The position numbers and the translations under genes were made by a program. Source: Candidatus Dormiibacterota bacterium (GTDB lineage: Bacteria; Chloroflexota; Dormibacteria; Aeolococcales; Aeolococcaceae). Taken from it: a stretch of DNA of 64,000 nt. Below the pieces are notes generated by a model. It searched no databases, was not told the DNA's origin, and worked only from the letters and a program-made list of their open reading frames with translations. Shown here piece by piece: positions 57,654 through 64,000 of this stretch; positions within the stretch are counted from its first letter, which is position 1; each line of letters begins with the position of its first letter. The stretch covers positions 2,304,001 to 2,368,000 of the forward strand of contig OY970355.1 of NCBI GenBank assembly GCA_963718525.1, given 5' to 3'.

Positions 57654-58870
57654 AGCGTCTCCTCGAACTCTCGATCCTGATGCCGTGCCTGAACGAAGCC
57701 GAGACCATCGGCAGATGCGTGGACCGTGCACGGGCTTCGATCGCGATGCTGGATCTCCTGGCGGAGGTCCTGGTCGCGGACAACGGCAGCACTGATGGTT
57801 CGCAACAGATTGCGCTTGCTCACGGAGCCAAGGTCATCACCGTCGATGAACCCGGCTACGGAGCCGCCATCCGCGGTGGTGTCGCGGCATCGTCGAGCCG
57901 GTTCATCATCATGGGCGACGCCGACGAGAGCTACGACTTCGGTGAGATTCCGCCAATCCTCGAGCGTTTGCGGTTCGGTGATGACCTGGTCATGGGCAAC
58001 CGCTTCGCGGGCGGGATCGAGAAGGGCGCCATGCCATGGTCGCATCGCTGGATCGGCAATCCGGTGCTATCGATGACCGGGAGGATCTTCTTCTCATCGA
58101 GTGTCCGCGATTTCCACTGCGGTTTGCGCGGGTTCAGCGTCGACGCGTTCCGGCGCATGCGGTTGAACACCACCGGCATGGAGTTCGCGAGCGAGATCGT
58201 CGTGAAGGCATCGCTCGCGAGCATGAAGGTCAGCGAGGTTCCGATCTCGCTGCACAAGGACGGCAGGACTCGAGCACCGCATCTGCGGACGTGGCGCGAC
58301 GGGTGGCGGCATCTCCGATTCCTGCTGCTCTTCTGCCCGCGCTGGCTGTTTCTGATCCCGGGTCTCGCACTCATGCTCGCGGGGTCGGCGATGACGCTGT
58401 GGCTCCTCGGCGGCACCCGGTATATCGGCTCGATCGGCCTTGACATCCACACCATGCTGGTCACGGGTGTCAGCGCGCTGCTTGGGTACGAGCTGGTGCT
58501 GTTCGGTGCGTTCATCAAAGTCTTCGGCATGCGGGCAGGATTCCTGCCCGCAGATCGTCGGATGGAGCAGTTCTTCAAGGTGGCGACCCTCGAGAAAGGC
58601 TTGCTCGCCGGGGCGATTCTCACGACGACGGGATCAGTGCTTGTCCTTGCCGCCGTCGTGAGCTGGGGTCGAAGCGGCTATGGCCCACTCGACACCGAGG
58701 CGTCGATGCGTCCGTTGATCGTGGCAATGCTGCTCATCGCCGCAGGTGTCCAGACCATCTTTGCCAGCTTCGTGATGAGCATGCTTGGCATCAAGGAGAC
58801 CGTTGTCAACGCATCCCCGGTAGTCATTGAGCCCCGAGAGGAGATCGCCGTCGTGGGGGTTGCGCGATGA
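57650..58870 (+). CDS. GT2 polyprenyl-phosphate sugar synthase (DPM1-like) with C-terminal TM helices
   Basis: MPCLNEAETI, DNGSTDGS, GYGAA, MGDADESYD, DFHCGLRGF, GMEFASE, LRTWRDGWRHL; GTGA overlap with the GT-C gene. Confidence 0.92.
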   Translation: MKRLLELSILMPCLNEAETIGRCVDRARASIAMLDLLAEVLVADNGSTDGSQQIALAHGAKVITVDEPGYGAAIRGGVAASSSRFIIMGDADESYDFGEIPPILERLRFGDDLVMGNRFAGGIEKGAMPWSHRWIGNPVLSMTGRIFFSSSVRDFHCGLRGFSVDAFRRMRLNTTGMEFASEIVVKASLASMKVSEVPISLHKDGRTRAPHLRTWRDGWRHLRFLLLFCPRWLFLIPGLALMLAGSAMTLWLLGGTRYIGSIGLDIHTMLVTGVSALLGYELVLFGAFIKVFGMRAGFLPADRRMEQFFKVATLEKGLLAGAILTTTGSVLVLAAVVSWGRSGYGPLDTEASMRPLIVAMLLIAAGVQTIFASFVMSMLGIKETVVNASPVVIEPREEIAVVGVAR

Positions 58871-59353
58871 GGCACGCGCGGCTCCCACGACGCCGGCGCT
58901 AATGCTCGCGGAGGTCGAGCGTTCCATGCACTTCGTCTCGCTGCTCAGCGTGGGGAAGCGACCGGGGCGACCATCGTGAGCGCCGGAATTGCAACGCTTC
59001 TGAGCGGAGGCTGTGCCGACGTCTGCTTTTACGCGGCGCAACAGCTCGTTCTGGCCCAGGGTGGGGCAATGCCTTCAGGCGACATCACGTCATGACCGGC
59101 CGTCAATCGACCCCAAGGCAGGATCCGCTGCCCCCGGACGTCGGCTTTGGTGAGCTGATGACGAGGATGATCTCCGCCAACCGGATGGAGAGGGCAAAGC
59201 GCGACAGGAGCGACGGAGTCAGCCGCAGCCAACCGCGGGATGCGAAGGAACCGCGGGGGACTCCCGAAAACCCCACGCCCTGACCTTCGCCGCGTACGGC
59301 GTTGCTCACGATTTCAACAACCTGCTCGCGGCCACGCGGCTGTGACTCGGGCC

Positions 59354-60721
59354 TTAGGCTGCCCCCGCGGGAACCTTGGGCAGCTCGGCAAGCGCAGTGT
59401 CGAGCCGCTCCTGCGGAAGTTCGACGTCTTGCAGCTTGCCCGCGAAGTACGCGTCGTAGGCGCCCAGGTCGAAATGTCCGTGGCCCGAGAGGTTGAACAG
59501 GATCACGCGCGAATCGCCGGCCTCGCGCGCCGCAGCGGCCTCCTGGGCCACCGCACGAAGTGCGTGCGACGGCTCCGGCGCGGGCAGGATTCCCTCACTG
59601 CGCGCGAATCGCACGGCCTCCGCGAAGCATTCATTCTGCTTGTACGCGCGCGCTTCGATGAAGCCGTTCTTCACGAGCAGGCACAGCGACGGTGCGTCAC
59701 CGTGATACCGCAGGCCGCCGGCATGGATCGTGTCGGGAATGAAGTTGTGCCCAAGCGTGTACATGGGCACGACCGGCCCCATGCCGGCGGTGTCACCGAA
59801 GTCGTAGGCATAGAGACCGCGCGTCAGGGTGGGACATGCCGCCGGCTCAGCGGCGATGAAACGCGTCTTGGTCTTCCCGGAGATGCGGTCGGCGAGGAAC
59901 GGATAGGCCAGCCCAGCGAAGTTCGAACCCCCGCCGACGCACCCGATCACGACGTCCGGATAGGCGTCCGCCATCTCCATCTGCTTCTGGGCTTCCTGAC
60001 CGATCACGGTCTGGTGAAGCAGTACGTGGTTCACGACCGATCCGAGCGAGTAGTGGCTGTCGTCACGCGTCGCCGCGTCCTCGACCGCCTCGGAGATGGC
60101 GATCCCGAGACTCCCCGGTGACTCAGGCTCCTTGGCGAGCACGCTGCGTCCGAACACGGTCTGATCGGTCGGGGAGGGGAGGACCTTGGCGCCCCATGTC
60201 TCCATCAGGGCGCGGCGGTACGGCTTCTGCTGATACGAGACCTTGACCATGTAGACCATGACCTCGAGCCCGAAGAGACCTCCGGCGAAGGCGAGGGCGG
60301 ATCCCCACTGGCCGGCGCCCGTTTCCGTGGTCAGGCGCTTGATGCCCTCCTCGGCGTTGTAGTACGCCTGCGCGACAGCAGTGTTGGGCTTGTGCGAGCC
60401 CGCGGGCGATGTCCCTTCGTACTTGTAGAAGATTCTCGCAGGGGTGTCGAGCGCCTTTTCCAGACGGCTGGCGCGGTAGAGAGGGGTGGGGCGCCACAAC
60501 TTGTAGATGTCCCGGACTCGATCGGGGATCTCGATCCAGCGCTCGGTGGACACTTCCTGGCCGATGATCGCCATCGGAAAGATGGGTGTCAGATCTGGAG
60601 GCGTCAGTGGCTCGAGCGTCCTCGGGCTGAGGAAGGCACCGAGCGGCTCAGGGACGTCGGCCAGGATGTTGTACCAGTGCGACGGCAGCTCGTCTTCCGC
60701 CAGCAAGAACTTCGTCGTCAT
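59354..60721 (-). CDS. trpB2: TrpB-like PLP enzyme (TrpB2)
   Basis: [43 protein letters not shown]. Confidence 0.93.
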   Translation of the reverse strand: MTTKFLLAEDELPSHWYNILADVPEPLGAFLSPRTLEPLTPPDLTPIFPMAIIGQEVSTERWIEIPDRVRDIYKLWRPTPLYRASRLEKALDTPARIFYKYEGTSPAGSHKPNTAVAQAYYNAEEGIKRLTTETGAGQWGSALAFAGGLFGLEVMVYMVKVSYQQKPYRRALMETWGAKVLPSPTDQTVFGRSVLAKEPESPGSLGIAISEAVEDAATRDDSHYSLGSVVNHVLLHQTVIGQEAQKQMEMADAYPDVVIGCVGGGSNFAGLAYPFLADRISGKTKTRFIAAEPAACPTLTRGLYAYDFGDTAGMGPVVPMYTLGHNFIPDTIHAGGLRYHGDAPSLCLLVKNGFIEARAYKQNECFAEAVRFARSEGILPAPEPSHALRAVAQEAAAAREAGDSRVILFNLSGHGHFDLGAYDAYFAGKLQDVELPQERLDTALAELPKVPAGAA

Positions 60722-60827
60722 CCGTGCCACCTCTGCCAATCGCTCTGACGCGTGCACGGAGGATACGCCGCGTATGGCGGGGAGTCATAGCGGGCGCATC
60801 CTGCACCGCCGACCCTATCCTTGCCCG

Positions 60828-61607
60828 ATGCGCCTGGCCACATGGAATGTGAACTCTGTTGTCGTGCGGCTGCCGCGACTCGTCGAATGGCTCGCTGCCA
60901 GCAGCCCCGACATCCTGTGCTTGCAGGAGACCAAGGTTGCAGATGACGCGTTCCCGCGGGCCGATGTCGAGACGCTCGGCTACGAGGTCGCGCTGCACGG
61001 AGAGGGGCGCTGGAACGGCGTCGCGATCCTCTCGCGCGTCGGCCTAGCGGACGTCGTCCGCGGCTTTGACGGCGAGCCTGGCTTTCCGGGAGCGGAGGCT
61101 CGCGCGATCAGCGCGACCTGCGGCGGTCTGCGAGTTTGGTCGATCTACGTGCCGAACGGGCGCGCTCTGGACAGCGACCACTATCCGTACAAGCTGAGCT
61201 GGCTCGCAGCGCTGCGTCTCGCCCTGCTGGCCGCGCGGGGGACGTCAGCGCCGCTGGTGGTGTGCGGTGACTTCAACATCGCGCCGACCGACGATGATGT
61301 CTGGGACCCCGCTGCCTTCATCGGGTCGACGCACGTCAGCGCGCCGGAGCGCGAGGCCTTGGCGGCGATCACCGGCATCGGCCTGGATGACGTGTTCCCG
61401 CGGGCGATCAAGGGGCGCCCCTTCACGTACTGGGACTACCGGGCCGGGAATTTCCACAAGGGTCTCGGGATGCGCATCGACCTCGCCCTGCTCGACCATG
61501 TGGTCACGCCATCGGTGATCGACGCGTACATCGACCGCGATGCACGCAAGGGAACATTGCCCTCAGACCACGCACCTCTCGTCGTCGACCTCGATTGGCC
61601 GCGGTAG
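60828..61607 (+). CDS. xth: Exodeoxyribonuclease III
   Basis: TWNVNS, CLQETK, YVPNG, GDFNIAP, RID, SDHAP; TATCCT 6 nt before the ATG. Confidence 0.95.
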   Translation: MRLATWNVNSVVVRLPRLVEWLAASSPDILCLQETKVADDAFPRADVETLGYEVALHGEGRWNGVAILSRVGLADVVRGFDGEPGFPGAEARAISATCGGLRVWSIYVPNGRALDSDHYPYKLSWLAALRLALLAARGTSAPLVVCGDFNIAPTDDDVWDPAAFIGSTHVSAPEREALAAITGIGLDDVFPRAIKGRPFTYWDYRAGNFHKGLGMRIDLALLDHVVTPSVIDAYIDRDARKGTLPSDHAPLVVDLDWPR

Positions 61608-61729
61608 CGAAGGCCGATCGGGGATCAGCCCGCCGGAGGAGGCCGAGCCTTGGTGGATGCGATGTCCACGATGCTGCCGCCCACCGCCAGGGTTCGGCAG
61701 GGGCAATGGTCTCGACCGGTCGGGCTCCG

Positions 61730-62158
61730 CTACAGCTCCAGCGTCGCCTCGGCGGTGATCGGCACCGCGGCCAGAGCCTTCGAGACCGGGCAGTTCGCCT
61801 TCGCATCCTCGACTGCCGCCCGGAAGACTTCGGAGTCGAGGCCCGGGACCTTGCCCTTCACGGTCAGGTGAATCGCAGAAATCCCCTCGGCCACGCCGAA
61901 GGTGACCTTGGCGGTGGTGTCGAGCCGTTCGGGCGGATGACCGGCGCCGGCGAGGCCATGGGCAAGCGCCATCGAGAGGCAGCTCGCGTGTGCGGCGGCG
62001 ATGAGCTCCTCAGGGCTTGTGCCGCTGGCGCGCGACTCGGCGCGTGCGTTCCACGTGATCGGGAGCTCGGGGAACGCCGCGCTCGCGGGCCGCACCGTGC
62101 CCTTCCCGCTGACCAGACTTCCTTCCCACGTCGCGCTGGCGCTGCTGTCAACCGTCAT
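61730..62158 (-). CDS. osmC: OsmC-family peroxiredoxin
   Basis: WEGSLVSGKG, TSPEELIAAAHASC, AKANCPVSKAL. Confidence 0.93.
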   Translation of the reverse strand: MTVDSSASATWEGSLVSGKGTVRPASAAFPELPITWNARAESRASGTSPEELIAAAHASCLSMALAHGLAGAGHPPERLDTTAKVTFGVAEGISAIHLTVKGKVPGLDSEVFRAAVEDAKANCPVSKALAAVPITAEATLEL

Positions 62159-62252
62159 GCGAGGCTCCTTTCACGAAATTGAACGACGGGAACCAGCCTA
62201 ACGAGACTGTCCGAGCCGCTGCGCGGTCGGGGAGGGGCTCGGCGCGGTCGAG

Positions 62253-62465
62253 CTAGTGGGAGAGCCCGTTGCTGACGTTGGAGAACACGTTGTTGACCTG
62301 CTTTCCGACCACCTGCAGGATCACGATGACCACGATCGCGATCAACACGAGGATGAGGGCGTACTCCACCATGCCCTGACCGTCCTCATCGGCGGTGAGC
62401 GCGCTGCGAACGGCCTCAATCGAGCGGAGGTGGAGCGCACCGAGCGCTTGGGAGGTGCAGACCAT
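62253..62465 (-). CDS. flp: Flp family type IVb pilin (second copy)
   Basis: EDG|QGMVEYALILVLIAIVVIVIL...VNNVFSNVS. Confidence 0.9.
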   Translation of the reverse strand: MVCTSQALGALHLRSIEAVRSALTADEDGQGMVEYALILVLIAIVVIVILQVVGKQVNNVFSNVSNGLSH

Positions 62466-62558
62466 CCCTAGATGGTAGACGCGGGGGCCGCCCGCAACTC
62501 GGACAGTCGAGTTCAGAGCTGCGCGGCGTCCACCATGCCGATCAACTCCCGAGGTCGC

Positions 62559-62744
62559 TCAGACGTTGACCCCGAGACATGCCAGGCTCTCCTCGAGTGC
62601 CGGCCGGACCTTGTCGCACCGTCCCAGGCCGGCGCCTCCCCCGCCGCCGAACTTGGTTGCGAGGACCACGTCGGCGCGCCGACCCGCGATGGCTCGACCG
62701 ACCACCTCGTCGCTGTAGCCGGATCCGTAGATGTTCGCAGTGTC
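62559..62744 (-). pseudogene. Aldo/keto reductase fragment
   Basis: [33 protein letters not shown]...LEESLACLG then stop; no start. Confidence 0.75.
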
Positions 62745-62899
62745 GCCGATCTCAGCTAGCGGTTTGACCCCGCGCTCCGGTCAGGATCGCTCGCGTTCGA
62801 TGGGTGTAGACGACCACACAAGAGACCGTGATGAGCACGCTTGGCGCTGCGAAAGCCTCGTGCCTCCATGGCGCACCCCGGGGGGGTTAGGCTCGGCAC

Positions 62900-63280
62900 A
62901 TGTCCGGTATCCACCTCGCCGACGTGCTCGCGACCTTCACCGAACCCTGGGCGCCGCGAACTGTCGCGCGGCTCAACGACTACGACGTCCGCGTCGTCAG
63001 AACCCGCGGCGAGTTCACGCGCCACCGTCATCCGGAGACCGACGAACTGTTCTTGGTCCTGACCGGCACATTGACCGTCCGGATGGACGCCGGCGATGTC
63101 GATCTCCGTTCAGGCGACCTCTACGTGATTCCCCGCGGCGTCTACCACCAGCCCGTGTCCCTGGAGGGGGCGGAGGTGATGCTCATCGAGCCCGCAGTAA
63201 CGGTCAATACCGGTGATACGCCAAGCGAATTGACGCGACGCCCGATTGTCGTTGGCGCGTCGGATGGGGCCGAGGCCTAG
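62900..63280 (+). CDS. Cupin domain protein
   Basis: HRHPETDELFLV...VIPRGVYHQP; TAGGCT 6 nt before the ATG. Confidence 0.9.
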   Translation: MSGIHLADVLATFTEPWAPRTVARLNDYDVRVVRTRGEFTRHRHPETDELFLVLTGTLTVRMDAGDVDLRSGDLYVIPRGVYHQPVSLEGAEVMLIEPAVTVNTGDTPSELTRRPIVVGASDGAEA

Positions 63281-63792
63281 GGCCAGCGCTCCCTGCCGCG
63301 CATGGTGGTTGCGATGGGCTCTTCTTCGTACGCGAGGTGGGCGAGGAGATCCTGCTCGAGCCGGGCCAGCGCAGCTACCAGGCGGCGGCGCGCGGGAGGG
63401 GTCGCGGTGTCGTCCAGCTGCGCGGCTGAGGCCTCGACCTCATCGAGCAGGTCGGAGATGGCTCGGTTGTCCGCCTCGAGCCTGTCGACGACAGCGGATA
63501 GTTCGGGGTTCGATCTGCGCAGCGCGGGGAACATGTCCGCATCCTCGAGCCCGTGGTGCGCGTGCACCACCCTGCAGTGGTACAGGCAGTTGACCCGCAG
63601 CGTCCAGATGGGACTTCGCGTCTGCAGCGCGGCGATCTGCCGGGCGACTTCGGCCGCAGGGGCACCCGCGGCGACCTCGCCGGCGAGCGCTCTGCACGTC
63701 GCGAGGTCGGTGCGCAGCATCTGATGGATGAGCTTCAGCTGCCGGTGCATGAGTATTCCGAACGGCGCTTCGCCGTTGACCCTCGTCGTCAC
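63277..63792 (-). CDS. Hemerythrin HHE domain protein
   Basis: LIHQMLR, HAHHGLEDADMFPAL, LAHLAYEEE; start GTG 63792. Confidence 0.88.
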   Translation of the reverse strand: MTTRVNGEAPFGILMHRQLKLIHQMLRTDLATCRALAGEVAAGAPAAEVARQIAALQTRSPIWTLRVNCLYHCRVVHAHHGLEDADMFPALRRSNPELSAVVDRLEADNRAISDLLDEVEASAAQLDDTATPPARRRLVAALARLEQDLLAHLAYEEEPIATTMRGRERWP

Positions 63793-63793
63793 G

Positions 63794-64000
63794 TCAGAGC
63801 AGTCGCGCTCGATGAAGGGCATCCTCGACGTCAGCGATACCATCGACCAGGTAGCCGGGATTGGCGCGTGAGAGCGTGTCGCGATCGCGAATCCCAGAGC
63901 TCACCGCGATCGACACATAGCCGAGCGCGCTCGCTGCAGCGATGTCTGCCTCGGTGTCGCCGATGACTACGGCGGGGTCGTCAGGCGGGACGGTCAAGCG
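63794..64000 (-). CDS. HAD-family hydrolase, C-terminal part (runs off the window)
   Basis: VVIGDTEADIAAA...AVSSG motif. Confidence 0.8.
   Translation of the reverse strand, partial: RLTVPPDDPAVVIGDTEADIAAASALGYVSIAVSSGIRDRDTLSRANPGYLVDGIADVEDALHRARLL

Overview
64 kb of high-GC bacterial chromosome. Gene style (many leaderless starts, orphan GQGMVEY Flp pilins, Actinobacteria/Chloroflexota-like proteins) suggests a monoderm soil lineage, possibly Ca. Dormibacterota (inference only). From left to right: an exosortase-like gene (cut by the window edge) downstream of a secreted protein ending in a VPEVP-TM-RRR sorting signal; a hypoxia/stress-type block (SQR-TusE/DsrC-DsrE2-OsmC sulfur module, acyl-CoA synthetase, flavodoxin, gap, USP, CBS-BON) whose promoters share a DosR/DevR-like box; an intact IS481 with a 6-bp target duplication; an IS30 remnant; transporters with TetR regulators; a 3' tRNA-Pro fragment (probable att site) at 26.5 kb; a partly decayed regulator cluster (3 Crp/Fnr, PAS-LuxR, GAF kinase, atypical response regulator, Hsp20); a Fur/Zur-controlled metal ABC system; and a collagen-like protein + TPR lipoprotein + GT-C + GT2 gene run with a divergent, catalytically degenerate cyclophilin. 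The best candidates for undescribed systems are the collagen maturation/glycosylation locus, the exosortase/VPEVP-CTERM pair and the DosR-like regulon containing a sulfide-oxidation module. All calls come from reading motifs by eye; no searches were run.
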